Shown: piece after piece, positions 10,424 to 20,374 of the stretch
Numbering within the stretch: position 1 is the first letter of the stretch
Layout of the letters: every line of letters starts with the position of its first letter
Assembly (NCBI GenBank): GCA_963710755.1
Contig: CAVQBK010000013.1
Span: 384,001 to 448,000 of the forward strand
Direction: 5' to 3'
DNA from: an uncultured bacterium
GTDB lineage: Bacteria > Oederibacteriota > JAAXVQ01 > JAUVAV01
Length of the DNA stretch: 64,000 nt
Notes under the pieces: model-generated
Told to the model about the DNA's origin: nothing
Databases searched by the model: none
Seen by the model: the letters and a program-made list of their open reading frames with translations, nothing else
Position numbers and translations under genes: made by a program

Positions 10424-12604
10424 TCACGGCGCGCTCAGCGGAATGCGAAATTTAAAGCAACTGCCCTTTCCAGAACGACCTTCCACCCAAATCCTGCCTC
10501 CATGAAGTTCAATTATTTTTTTAGAGATGGCCAGGCCCAGCCCGGTCCCGGTCTTTTTACTCTGCACATCCCGAATTTGACTGAACCGTTCAAATATTTT
10601 TTGCCGTTGCCCCATCGGGATACCGTCACCCTCGTCGCTAACACTGCATTCCAGCCAGGGGTCAACCCGCTTCACCGTTACTGTAATCCGACTGCCCGCC
10701 GGTGAAAATTTAATGGCATTTCCCACAAGGTTGGTCACCACTTGGGTTAATCGGGAACGATCTCCCAGTGTACGCACCGGTTGCGGCAAGGTCACCTGCG
10801 TCAGGGTCATATTTTTTTCTTTCATCAGCGGTGTCAGCGTGTCCTGAACTGCACTGACAATTTCCTGAAGATCGACCAGTTCCATTTTCAGACTGGCTTG
10901 GGCGGCTTCCAGTTTGGAAAGGTCCAAAATATCGTTAATCAGTAAAATCAAGCGGTCAATGTTGCGGTTACTCATTTCCAACAAATGCCTGACCACCATG
11001 CCCACGTCTCCCTGCAATTGATATTCCAGGACCAGGGCGATGCCACCTTTAACGGCCGTCAGGGGCGTGCGCAATTCATGAGAGGCAATGGAGATAAATT
11101 CGGATTTCAATTTATCCAGATGTTTAAGCTGGCTTAACGCTTCCTGCAAATCCGCTGTTCGGACAGTCACCCGCTCCTCCAGGGTTTCATTGAGCCGTGT
11201 GACCTCGATCACCAGATTATTAACGTCCTGATACAATTGCGAATTCTTGATGGCCACGCCGATATCATGACGCACAATGGAGAGAAATTGCAGCTCTTCC
11301 AATCCGTAACCGTTGTCACCGGTTTTTTTACCCAGGTTGAGTACCCCCAGTAGGTTTTGATCAAAAACCAGGGGCACGGCCAATTCCGAACCCAGATAGT
11401 CAAAAAAGCACAAGGCTGATTCCCTAATTAGTTGATACTGGGGATCAAGGGTGATCTGCTCTTTAATCATGATCTGATTTTCGCGTTCTATAAAAGCGAT
11501 AAACCCCCGGCAGGATTTCAAGCCTTCGATGGGGCGCTGGTCCGGTGTTAACATGCACCCATCCGGATGAGGATCGCAGAGGATTAAACTGACCGCCTCA
11601 GCGTCCAAGCTTTGCCGCATAAAACGTTCAATATCAGCGGTCAGCTCCAACATGGGTTTCAGTTGGTTTAACGAACGGCTGAAAGCTTCGAGAAGACGGT
11701 TCATATTGAGTGCTTTGCGCCGTAGCAGGTGATCCAGCAAAGGTTTGACACTTTTAGAATACCCCCAGCAGACCAACAGGGCGACCACGGCCAGCACGGT
11801 AAGGGCGGCCGGATCATAGACAGGTATTAAGGATTGGCCCAGCGCCATGATGGTAAAGATCAGTCCCAACAGAAGCAGCCCATGCAAGGTCCATAAAAGC
11901 ACCCGACTGGCAAAAGCGGAGATATCTAAAGCATGATAGCGGATAATGGCATAGGCGGTAAAGCAGACCGTGATAATTGGGGTAATTTGCCCGAGAAAAA
12001 ATAATTGCCTCAGGCCCAAGCTGGGCAAAATAAACATAAAGAGCATGACAAAAATCAAGGTCACACTAATCCCCACCACCACATATTTAACTTTTTGCTT
12101 CTCCAGATGCAATTTTAACCGGCGATATTTTGTGGCCAGATTATAAATGACGTGAATGGCGCCGCCAAAAACATACACCACGAAAAGTAAATAGAGAGGT
12201 CCCAGCTCCGGCACGTACTGCATACCGTCAAAGTGGCCTGAGACCACGCACCAGGGGCTGAAGGCAGCCAGCACGATGATCAGGGCAATGGCGTAATTGA
12301 TTACAGTGAAACGGGTATTAAGACTTTTGGAAGGCACCGGGAAGTAAGCGGTAAAACTCATTAAATTGGTGATGACCAGGGTGGAACTGGCTACTCCCAT
12401 GCGATGAGTTAAGATGGGCAGGATATGGTGAGCAATCTGAAGGCGCCAAATGAACCCAATGCATACCCATAGGGCGATAAACAAACAAAACAGGGCAAAA
12501 CTGATATTAATGGGATTTGTCTTGTTGCGGGAATAGACCAGTAACCCGATCACGACAAAGAAAAATACATTGATGGCTTGAATAATGGAGATAATAATGA
12601 CCGT
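10424..12604 (-). CDS. Sensor histidine kinase: N-terminal multi-TM (HisKA_7TM-like), GAF, HisKA, HATPase. Start uncertain (GTG at 12553 or ACG at 12604).
   Basis: ASHELRTPL, QVVTNLVGNAIKF, DEGDGI, GTGLGLAISKKII; hydrophobic N-terminus. The frame stays open for 17 codons upstream of GTG 12553, reaching an ACG behind GGAGG. Confidence 0.88.
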   Translation of the reverse strand, partial: TVIIISIIQAINVFFFVVIGLLVYSRNKTNPINISFALFCLFIALWVCIGFIWRLQIAHHILPILTHRMGVASSTLVITNLMSFTAYFPVPSKSLNTRFTVINYAIALIIVLAAFSPWCVVSGHFDGMQYVPELGPLYLLFVVYVFGGAIHVIYNLATKYRRLKLHLEKQKVKYVVVGISVTLIFVMLFMFILPSLGLRQLFFLGQITPIITVCFTAYAIIRYHALDISAFASRVLLWTLHGLLLLGLIFTIMALGQSLIPVYDPAALTVLAVVALLVCWGYSKSVKPLLDHLLRRKALNMNRLLEAFSRSLNQLKPMLELTADIERFMRQSLDAEAVSLILCDPHPDGCMLTPDQRPIEGLKSCRGFIAFIERENQIMIKEQITLDPQYQLIRESALCFFDYLGSELAVPLVFDQNLLGVLNLGKKTGDNGYGLEELQFLSIVRHDIGVAIKNSQLYQDVNNLVIEVTRLNETLEERVTVRTADLQEALSQLKHLDKLKSEFISIASHELRTPLTAVKGGIALVLEYQLQGDVGMVVRHLLEMSNRNIDRLILLINDILDLSKLEAAQASLKMELVDLQEIVSAVQDTLTPLMKEKNMTLTQVTLPQPVRTLGDRSRLTQVVTNLVGNAIKFSPAGSRITVTVKRVDPWLECSVSDEGDGIPMGQRQKIFERFSQIRDVQSKKTGTGLGLAISKKIIELHGGRIWVEGRSGKGSCFKFRIPLSAP

Positions 12605-12644
12605 GCTCCCCTCCGACCTGGATGATCACCTATGGTGTGACCGG

Positions 12645-12869
12645 TCAGGGATTCCCGCGGTGCTGATGGTCGTCGTGGGTGCTGAAGTTAAACAAATCAT
12701 AAATGAAACAATGGCCGGCCAAAGCGGTCAGCAGCAGATAGGCCAACAAAAGTAAACCAGCCCACGTAAGCCCATCACGGCTGGTGCGTGAAAAAACCGG
12801 CACCGCAGCCACGGCCACCACAAATAACCGTAACCCTTTATCCCAGTCCCCCAAATTGCGTTTACTCAT
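12645..12869 (-). CDS. DUF2892/YgaP-like small membrane protein
   Basis: RNLGDWDKGLR...LLLTALAGHCFIYDLFNFST matches the family pattern N.G..DR..R...TA..G.C..Y..fG.ST. Confidence 0.75.
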   Translation of the reverse strand: MSKRNLGDWDKGLRLFVVAVAAVPVFSRTSRDGLTWAGLLLLAYLLLTALAGHCFIYDLFNFSTHDDHQHRGNP

Positions 12870-12882
12870 TGAACCCGCCCGG

Positions 12883-13302
12883 TCATTTGATCACCGCTAC
12901 TCTCAATCTTTTTTTAAGCCTTTTACCGTCTATTACCAGCACATATACGCCACTGGCCACCACTTGGCCGCTGTCGTTTTTGCCATCCCAGAGCGCTTCT
13001 TCCTGGGGCAAGGGCACATGCCGTTCCCACAGTCTTCTCACCCGGTAGCCGTCCTGACTATAAACGGTAATGGTGGTTTGCTCATATTTGGGTTGCAAGC
13101 CCACCACGACGACCTTTCCCTGCATCAGGGGGTTGAAGCGATTACGGTTAAGGGTTACCCGCACAGGAACCGTTTCCGTGGTGGTGAGAAGGGTAGGGGT
13201 GACCGTCACGGTGGCCGTGGGGGTGGGCGTGGCGTTCGCCAAGCCAGCCCAGAGAATGATCAGTATCAGGGCACCACTCTTTCGCCGCATGAGAACATTC
13301 AT
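12883..13302 (-). CDS. Small secreted protein with a short Thr/Pro linker and FlgD-Ig/T9SS-CTD-like domain
   Basis: AAGGAG RBS, signal peptide, TPTPTATVTVTPT, RNRFNP...ITVYSQDGYRVRRL...WDGKNDSGQVVASGVY...VAVIK. Confidence 0.78.
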   Translation of the reverse strand: MNVLMRRKSGALILIILWAGLANATPTPTATVTVTPTLLTTTETVPVRVTLNRNRFNPLMQGKVVVVGLQPKYEQTTITVYSQDGYRVRRLWERHVPLPQEEALWDGKNDSGQVVASGVYVLVIDGKRLKKRLRVAVIK

Positions 13303-13334
13303 GGTGATCTCCTTTGCCGGCACAGCGCCGGCGT

Positions 13335-14381
13335 TTATTCAATGGTCAGGTTTACCTGATATGTCTCTTGTTCCGAGCTTTCCCATTTTTCCTGATCCAC
13401 ATAGAAGCTATAGGCTTTGTCGGTGTGCAGGGACCCTTGCATGGGCAACCCTTTGGCCAGATCGAACTGCACCCGCCCTTGTATTTTATAATTCCCTTTT
13501 TGAAATGTCATTTTATTTAACGACTCCATGTCCAGAGTTTTCTGGAGCTCAGTTAATTCGTCGCCGGTAAACATTATGGCGCTGGTACAGTCGATAGAAG
13601 CCAGGTTCTGCTGCTGCTGGCGGAAGTAAAACCTGTTGGTTTGCCCCTCTTCCTCTCCCAGAACCATGGTGGGATCTTCGCTGGAGCTGGTCCAGCGGTC
13701 GCCCGGGCCGACGGCCTGGGGTGGAAAGACCGCCATCAGCAGCGGCGGCACCTTAAAGGCTTTAATGATTTTTTTCCCAATGACCCGGTTACGGCTGAGC
13801 AATTCCAGCAGGTCCAGATGGAGTCCCGTGCGTACGGTCTTTTCCTGGTTTTGAGTCAGCTGGTGTCCCTGCCGGTCGATGACGATCACGGCCAACGGCT
13901 GCGTCATTATTTTTTGATATTTTGCGTAAAGCTCCGGACCCAAATAGTCAGCCAGCGTCCATTCGTCATCATACCAGGTAAGCCTGCCTCCATCGGGACC
14001 CATCTCCAGCCGGCACTTCCCTTTTCCATCATGATTCAGCCGCAAACGTAACAATTTAAATTCAATTTGACATTCTTGTGGGTTGAGCGCCAGAGCCTGC
14101 ACCTGATAGGTAGCCTTGACGGCCAGATGGGCTTCTTCTTTGGCAAATTGTCTGTGGCCATGGAATTTTTCCAACCCGGAAAAGGTTTGGTAGGAAGTGG
14201 TAACGCGGTAAGTCTGACCGGGTACAAATTGATAACGCAGAATAGTCTTGGTGTTCGACGAGGCCGGCGCACAGGCAAGCAGATTGAAGCTTGCCAAAAT
14301 CAAAGCGCCCAGGCTGGTGCTGCACACCATTTTATGGATGAGGCGTCGTGTCAATATGTTTTTGAAAAAGGCAATGGGCAC
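13335..14381 (-). CDS. Hypothetical lipoprotein
   Basis: Lipobox-like LLAC, LRYQFVPGQTY, PPQAVGPGDRW, FDLAKG; beta-rich; start uncertain. Confidence 0.6.
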   Translation of the reverse strand: MPIAFFKNILTRRLIHKMVCSTSLGALILASFNLLACAPASSNTKTILRYQFVPGQTYRVTTSYQTFSGLEKFHGHRQFAKEEAHLAVKATYQVQALALNPQECQIEFKLLRLRLNHDGKGKCRLEMGPDGGRLTWYDDEWTLADYLGPELYAKYQKIMTQPLAVIVIDRQGHQLTQNQEKTVRTGLHLDLLELLSRNRVIGKKIIKAFKVPPLLMAVFPPQAVGPGDRWTSSSEDPTMVLGEEEGQTNRFYFRQQQQNLASIDCTSAIMFTGDELTELQKTLDMESLNKMTFQKGNYKIQGRVQFDLAKGLPMQGSLHTDKAYSFYVDQEKWESSEQETYQVNLTIE

Positions 14382-14600
14382 AATTTACTTCCTTAGCCAA
14401 ATAGGTTGAACATGCCGGTCCTTTGGATTTTTTCTCCCTGCGGGCATGGCTTAATACGTCCTCGCGAAGTCCCCGCAATTCATGGCCGAGTATTTTATTT
14501 TTCCATCAAAAGGACGGACCAACGCAGCCTTATTTTACCGGGAATCACAAAATCGTCAAGCGCTTTGGGTGGGATCCTGAAAAGCGTCTCCGAGGACGAC

Positions 14601-14987
14601 CTACGAATGGTCTTCGGTCTTGGAATTCAGGATGGTTTCGATTTCTTGGCCTAAATCATCAGGATCAAAAGGCTTGGTCAGATAGGCCGAAGCGCCCATG
14701 GCCATGCCTTTGGAGGCGTCTTGGGGACCGCTAAGCACGGTTAACATCACCACCGGGATGGATGAGGTTTCCGGATTGCGTTTAAGCATGTGACAAATGT
14801 CATATCCATTGATGCCGGGCATCATCACATCCAGCAGGATCAGGTCGGGTTTATTGTCCTTAAGAAAATCAAACATATCCTGTCCATCTTTGGCCTGAAA
14901 GATTTCATAGGTACCTTCACCCAATATTTTTTCGATCAAGCTGCGTATGTCCTTCTCATCATCAACGATCAGAATTTTCTTTTTCAT
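14601..14987 (-). CDS. Single-domain response regulator receiver
   Basis: ILIVDDE, LILLDVMMPGING, MLT, YLTKPF. Confidence 0.93.
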   Translation of the reverse strand: MKKKILIVDDEKDIRSLIEKILGEGTYEIFQAKDGQDMFDFLKDNKPDLILLDVMMPGINGYDICHMLKRNPETSSIPVVMLTVLSGPQDASKGMAMGASAYLTKPFDPDDLGQEIETILNSKTEDHS

Positions 14988-15052
14988 AGGAATCTCCCAG
15001 GTACAAGGGTATTTTAAAAAGCATCGGCTTTTCCCGGGCCGGCTTTAGGGTT

Positions 15053-15919
15053 TTAACACAAAATAATGCCCCATCCATCTGGTCCCAGATGAGCCCCCAC
15101 CACCGCTCCTATCCGGGCGCTTTGGAGGCGGTCAGCCAACCCGGTTTCCTTGAGCAACGGCAGAATGGCTGTTTCCAATTTATCATGATAGGATTTGACC
15201 CCAGCATAAATCAGCGCAATACCCTGTTGAATACCATGCTCGGCGATATGAGTTTTGGTCGTGCTTATCATGGCTTTGAGGGCGGCCTCGGTGGACAACA
15301 CTTTGCCTAATACCTCAATTTCCCCGGTGGCTCCGGCCATGGTCAGCAGAGGTTTAATACCCAGTAGTTTCCCCATCAGGGCCTGCGCCTTGCCGATTCG
15401 GCCTCCCTGGTGAAGGGCATCCAGGCTATCCACGGAAAATAGAATTTTGACCAGCGGTCGCCGGGCCCGTACTTGTTCCACCACGGTGGTAAAGGAAGCG
15501 CCACCATCCACCAGATCCTGCGCATAGGCCACCAGTAAGCCCAGCCCCAGACTGACGTAACAGGAATCTATTACCTCCACAGTCATACCGGAAACCATGG
15601 CCGATGCCTGACGGGCAGCCTGCAGCGTGCCCGACATTTTTTGGGAGATGTGGAGACTGAGTACGTGCGTGTACCCTTGAGTTTTGAGCATCTGATAATG
15701 TTTCAGAAAACGTCCCACCGGAGGCTGGGAGGTGGTGGGGTGATTAAGGGAGGTACTCAGTTTTTCATAAAACTGAGAGGTGCTTAAATCAATGCCATCC
15801 AGGTATTCTTCGTCGCCGAAGAAAACGCTTAGAGGAACCATTTCAATATGGCGTTGACGCAAATAGTCGAGACTTAAGTCACAAGTGCTGTCAGTAAGCA
15901 CCGCAATTTTTTCGGCCAT
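15053..15919 (-). CDS. DegV-family fatty-acid-binding protein (FakB-like)
   Basis: TDSTCDL, PTTSQP, ISQKMSGT, VIDS, GGRIGKA, IKPLL, GAVVGAHLGP. Confidence 0.92.
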   Translation of the reverse strand: MAEKIAVLTDSTCDLSLDYLRQRHIEMVPLSVFFGDEEYLDGIDLSTSQFYEKLSTSLNHPTTSQPPVGRFLKHYQMLKTQGYTHVLSLHISQKMSGTLQAARQASAMVSGMTVEVIDSCYVSLGLGLLVAYAQDLVDGGASFTTVVEQVRARRPLVKILFSVDSLDALHQGGRIGKAQALMGKLLGIKPLLTMAGATGEIEVLGKVLSTEAALKAMISTTKTHIAEHGIQQGIALIYAGVKSYHDKLETAILPLLKETGLADRLQSARIGAVVGAHLGPDGWGIILC

Positions 15920-15939
15920 GCCTGCTCCTTAGTGCTCGT

Positions 15940-16929
15940 TTATTCCGGTTTAAACTGGTGGTGATGTTGTTTCTCCATGTCATCCACCTTTTTCCAGGTA
16001 ATCATGCCCAACTGGGCGGCAGCTTGCAAAATCAGGGTGGCATCTTGGGCATGAATGTGGATTTTAAAAACGCCTTCCTCCCCTTGGGCCACCATCAGTT
16101 CTTCGCCCAGTGGCGCCAAATGGGATTTAATCTCGCGCAAGCCCCGGCCTGGTGCATGCAGTACCAATTCCGTGCAGTATTTAAAAGAGCTGAGGTGAAA
16201 GGCCTGGCGCGTTTGTTTGGCAGGACGTGGTTCCGGTGCCTCTGCGGCAGGTGGTTTTTCCAAGGATTGACCTTGACTGAAACGCACCATACCTTCCAGG
16301 AATACGGCCAGTCCCATCCCCCCGGCATCCACCACTTCATGCAGTTTCAAGAGTCGCATTTGCTCAGGCGTCCGTTTCAGTGCCTGTTGCGCGCCTTCCC
16401 AGGCCGCCTGCAGCACCTCTTGGTGTCCCCGTTTTTTTTGAGCTGCGGTCAACGCTGCCAAGGCGGCAGCTTCACCAACACTTAAAATCGTGCCCTCTTG
16501 CGGATCTTCCACCCGTTCCCGGGCCCGCAATGTTCCGACCTGAAACGCCCGCGCCAAATCCAAAGGACTTAAAAAGGAGCGGTCGCCCACGCCTTCAGCA
16601 AAGCCTCTGAAAAAACCAGAGAGAATCATACCGGAACAGCCTCGCCCACCCATTAAGGCGCCCCGGGCCGCAGCCCAGGCGATATCAGAAGCTTGGTTGC
16701 TATTGATACTTTCCAATTCATGAACCGCAGCTTTCAGGGTATGGATCATATTTTTTCCTGTATCCCCATCGGGTACTGGAAAAACATTCATGCTGTCAAT
16801 AGTGGCTTTAAAGTGCGAGAACCAGGTCATACCTGCCAGCAGGGCTTGTTTGACCCGCCGCCCAGTCAGTCTCAGCTGAGGGGTCGGCGGGTGCCCAGGC
16901 TTGCTTGGCTTGTGTTGCGATATGGTCAT
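15940..16929 (-). CDS. DAK2-domain fatty-acid kinase subunit (FakA-like, short form)
   Basis: MNVFPVPDGDTGKNM, GRGCSGMILS, PQEGTILSV, VVDAGGMG, YCTE, KIHIH, VDDMEKQ. Start placed at ATG 16929, although the frame is open to 17115. Confidence 0.85.
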   Translation of the reverse strand: MTISQHKPSKPGHPPTPQLRLTGRRVKQALLAGMTWFSHFKATIDSMNVFPVPDGDTGKNMIHTLKAAVHELESINSNQASDIAWAAARGALMGGRGCSGMILSGFFRGFAEGVGDRSFLSPLDLARAFQVGTLRARERVEDPQEGTILSVGEAAALAALTAAQKKRGHQEVLQAAWEGAQQALKRTPEQMRLLKLHEVVDAGGMGLAVFLEGMVRFSQGQSLEKPPAAEAPEPRPAKQTRQAFHLSSFKYCTELVLHAPGRGLREIKSHLAPLGEELMVAQGEEGVFKIHIHAQDATLILQAAAQLGMITWKKVDDMEKQHHHQFKPE

Positions 16930-17202
16930 TGCTTTTTGTTTTCTCCCCTTGTCATGGCACACCGCTACCGGCATGGCCCAACCACCGGCAGATCCTGCCC
17001 TTGCCGGAGCTGGAGACGAGTGCACAGGTATTGCCACAGCCTGCCAAGCCGTACTGTCCTGGATTGTACAATTCACAACGCTTGTTATTACTATGCTCTC
17101 GCTTCCTCCCCGCATTAAAATGCAGAGATGAAGCGAGGTTAAATAAAATAATAGTCTTGCTTTTGCATAAAATACTCCGCAATTCCTGGCGGTAAATTTT
17201 AT

Positions 17203-17361
17203 TTATTGCTTTTCAAAACTATCTTTGGTGGCCCCGCATTCTGGGCAGACATAGTCGGCGGGTAAACTTTCAAAGGAAGTACCCGGCTCGATTCCGTTAT
17301 CCGGTTCCCCGGCTTCCGGATCATATACATACCCACATACAGTGCAAACATATTTGTCCAT
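17203..17361 (-). CDS. Rubredoxin (52 aa, below the ORF-track cutoff)
   Basis: Hand translation [52 protein letters not shown]; AGGAG RBS. Confidence 0.96.
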   Translation of the reverse strand: MDKYVCTVCGYVYDPEAGEPDNGIEPGTSFESLPADYVCPECGATKDSFEKQ

Positions 17362-17459
17362 AGTGATTTTTTCTCCTTTTCTTAATTTTAAAAAGCTTCA
17401 GCCTCTGAGACTGTGCTAGCCCATAATTAATCTTTGCCAGTTCGCCTTACGCTGACCGC

Positions 17460-18284
17460 TTATTTCCCCTTCAAGTTAATCAGCGGCACGCTGTCACCGC
17501 CGCCCAGCATGGTCTGCGGTAATTTGCCGTCCCATTTTTTAATCCATTCCACCGCCACAATGTCCTTGGTCAGTTGCAGACGGATCAACCGTTGCTTTTC
17601 GGCTTCAGCCTGCGCTTCCAAAATCACTTGTTGTTTGTGTTGCTCAGCCTGGCGTTTTTTATATTCGGCCGTCTTGATTTTTTGTTCTTCGATCTGCTTT
17701 TGCTCTACCACCCGGTTGAACTCTGGAGAGAAGGTAATATCCGTTAAATTGACATCCTCCACGTCAATGCCGTAAGGCTTTAGTTTTTCCGCCAGGCTGT
17801 CGGTGATGATTTTTTTCAGTTTGGGCCGTTCTACAATAATGCTTTCTACCGGGAACAGTGCTGTGCCTGCCTTTACGGCTTCCTGGATGGCCGGGTCGAT
17901 GATCTTGCGTTCATAATCCACGCCCACTTGCTGATACAACCGGGATACTTGCTTGCCGTCCAGGTGATAGTTTACCACGGTCCTGAGGTTCACTTCCTGC
18001 AGATCTTTGGAAGCACCTTGGCTTACACGTTCCAATTTTTTGGTTTTAATGTCAAATTTAACCACGTTTTCAATGGCAGGCAGCTTAAAATTCATACCTT
18101 CCATCAAGACCTGATGACGTACCCCGCTGATGCGGGAAAAAATCACACCCCGTTCGCCCGCTCCAATGATAACAATAGGATTGAGAACAAAAAAGAGGAT
18201 AATAATAAGCCCCGCCACGACCAAGCCGCCCAGTCCCTTCAAAGAGTCTTTGTTAAAAGATTTCTTCAATTCGTATTCTTCCAT
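17460..18284 (-). CDS. SPFH/prohibitin-family membrane protein
   Basis: N-terminal TM, GAGERGV, ASKDLQEV, IQEAVKA, FSPEFNRVVEQKQI, KWDGKLP. Confidence 0.9.
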   Translation of the reverse strand: MEEYELKKSFNKDSLKGLGGLVVAGLIIILFFVLNPIVIIGAGERGVIFSRISGVRHQVLMEGMNFKLPAIENVVKFDIKTKKLERVSQGASKDLQEVNLRTVVNYHLDGKQVSRLYQQVGVDYERKIIDPAIQEAVKAGTALFPVESIIVERPKLKKIITDSLAEKLKPYGIDVEDVNLTDITFSPEFNRVVEQKQIEEQKIKTAEYKKRQAEQHKQQVILEAQAEAEKQRLIRLQLTKDIVAVEWIKKWDGKLPQTMLGGGDSVPLINLKGK

Positions 18285-18546
18285 ACCGCCTCCAATTCAG
18301 GTTCTATTGAATGGTCATCTTACCATATCAGGCCGTTTAGTCAATTTGTTCGGGGGCTTTTTTTATTTGTTTTTTAAGGACTGTTGAAATCAAGCAGCAT
18401 ATGAATTCATTGAGGAGACGGTAAATGCCCTATCCCAGACATAGCCTAGCGCGTGGGCGATCATTTCACTTCTATCTTGGTGCCACCTCTCCGCTTTAGC
18501 ACTGGCTATTTGCATACCCGAAAATATTTTGTGAACTACTGGAAAC

Positions 18547-18586
18547 AAAAAAGCCGGGCTTTCCATCAAATCGGAAAGCCCGGCTT
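18547..18586 (-). terminator. Rho-independent terminator downstream of the CBM6 lipoprotein gene
   Basis: AAGCCGGGCTTTCC/GGAAAGCCCGGCTT stem followed by a T-run on the minus strand. Confidence 0.8.
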
Positions 18587-18701
18587 GGCTTCTTGCCCGC
18601 CCCACTATTGAATTGCATGTTTCAGTCCATGTTTACATTTCTTAAAATGCGGCCTAAGCGGCAACCCGAAACGTGGCAAGCCAGAAAAACCGGCTGCCGT
18701 C

Positions 18702-20132
18702 TTAAGGGGTCTTGACAAAACGGATGTCATCTATATAAACCGTGCTGTGAACCGGCATAAGCCTGTCAAACCAGGGTGCCGGATAAGAATCAAGGCCGGC
18801 ACGAAACAACACTTTAAATTCTTTCACTGAACTTTTATCTTGGGGCAGCGGCAGGTAGTACTCCGTCCAGACATGGGGCATACTCCCGTACCATTTGGCC
18901 ACAGGCACCGCAGTGTAATCCCAATGCCCATAGCGATAGAAGTAGCCATGATCACCGTGGCTATCCCGTATTTCAAACTCAATCCAGGGTAGATCGCCCG
19001 CGGAATAGGCTCTGAATTTGATGCCCTGATAAGCGCTGGCATCAAAGTCTTGCCCGCCATTAACCTGAACCCAGACCCCACACCATCCATCCCTCCCGTA
19101 AGCCTGAAAGCTTGTCACCAACCCCCGGTTATACCTGGAAAAAGTAATGGAAGAAGATCCGCCGTTCATCACGCCCGCCGCGGCCTTGGAATTAAAAATA
19201 TCATAGCTGTCGGGAACGGAAAATTGAAACCAATTGATATTAAAAAGTCCGCCGCCGCCACCCCTAAAAATCAAGTAGACGGGATGGAGCCCCTGCATGT
19301 TAACCACACTCGTTTCCATGGTAGCCCAGTTTTGCCAGCCACCGGTGGACGAAACCGTCAAGGTTCCGATTACCGGCCCGCTCTGGCTGTCCAGATGGAT
19401 TTCAATAGTCCCTCCTCCGCCATCGCTGGCCACACGTGCCTGAAACGCCAGCACACCGCTGCCAAAATCAACCTGGTCAAAAACAAGGTAGTTCCCATTG
19501 TTGATCCAGCCAATGTCCTGGCCACCTTCACGGCATACTTCGGTTTCCGTGCCGGATTTAAAGCTGAAGCCTTCGGCTTCAATACGGGAAAACGCGCTGA
19601 TAACGGTGGGAGAAAGGGAGTAAAACTTAAACCAATTGATATTGAACAACCCGCCCGTGCCGCCTTTGAAAACCAGATAAACATGTTGAAACCCATAGGT
19701 TTTTTGAATGTTGGTCTCCACTGTGGTCCAAAGCTGCCAGCCTCCGGTGTTGACAATAGCCACGGAACCGATGAGGGTTCCGCTGGTTGGGTTGCCCAGC
19801 CGAATTTCGATCGTGCCGCCGGCCGTGTCGCTGGCCACGCGCGCGCGAAAAACATCGGCCCCGTTCCCAAAGTTGATCTCGTACCCGAGCCAATCGCCGT
19901 TATCTATCCAACCAACGTCCTGTCCGCCTTCAGCGCAGGCTTCGGTTTGCGTACCCGAGTTATGACCAAAATTCTCGGCCTCAATAACCGCATTCACCGA
20001 GCTCGATTGGACACTCCTGATTGAAGAATTATGAGATTGATAGCCTGGTCTGGGAGCGGTCGGATTTTGGCCGCATGAGACCAGCAACATGGCACCTAGA
20101 GCAATGACGAGTATTTTGCTTTTTAAGATCAC
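18702..20132 (-). CDS. Lipoprotein with two CBM6 modules and a C-terminal CBM11/CIA30-like module
   Basis: Lipobox LLVSC; two copies of IEAE..GGQDxGWI.NG..L.....FG.G...F.ARVAS...GGTIEI.L..STGGWQ.W.T..LFNINWF.F; ends in VYIDDIRF. Confidence 0.85.
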   Translation of the reverse strand: MILKSKILVIALGAMLLVSCGQNPTAPRPGYQSHNSSIRSVQSSSVNAVIEAENFGHNSGTQTEACAEGGQDVGWIDNGDWLGYEINFGNGADVFRARVASDTAGGTIEIRLGNPTSGTLIGSVAIVNTGGWQLWTTVETNIQKTYGFQHVYLVFKGGTGGLFNINWFKFYSLSPTVISAFSRIEAEGFSFKSGTETEVCREGGQDIGWINNGNYLVFDQVDFGSGVLAFQARVASDGGGGTIEIHLDSQSGPVIGTLTVSSTGGWQNWATMETSVVNMQGLHPVYLIFRGGGGGLFNINWFQFSVPDSYDIFNSKAAAGVMNGGSSSITFSRYNRGLVTSFQAYGRDGWCGVWVQVNGGQDFDASAYQGIKFRAYSAGDLPWIEFEIRDSHGDHGYFYRYGHWDYTAVPVAKWYGSMPHVWTEYYLPLPQDKSSVKEFKVLFRAGLDSYPAPWFDRLMPVHSTVYIDDIRFVKTP

Positions 20133-20374
20133 AAGTTTCTCCTTTGGCCCTTTGGGGCTACGGTGGCTGTGGGTTGCGCCAATTGATTTTACCTCTCGCC
20201 TTTTTCACCAGCGAAACACCCTTGACGTCCTAACAATTAGACTGGTTAGACTGATTCGAATTTACATGGTGAAGACATTTTAATTCACCCGGCAGCAAGG
20301 TTTCATTTTTAAGTTTTTCTTAAAATGGGACTCTGCACTTATCTCGCCTATATTGGAATGCCGTCGCCGGACTT

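Noticed and set aside
16952-17130. Possible rpmB (L28) remnant upstream of the DAK2 gene (AGRKREHSNNKR...CTR...SGK across frames)
   Set aside because: The resemblance is short and needs frameshifts, there is no proper start or N-terminal CxxC, and the DAK2 frame is open through the region. A tBLASTn with L28 would be needed to revive the idea.
19050-20024. 324-aa plus-strand ORF with internal repetition
   Set aside because: Antisense shadow of the duplicated CBM6 modules.
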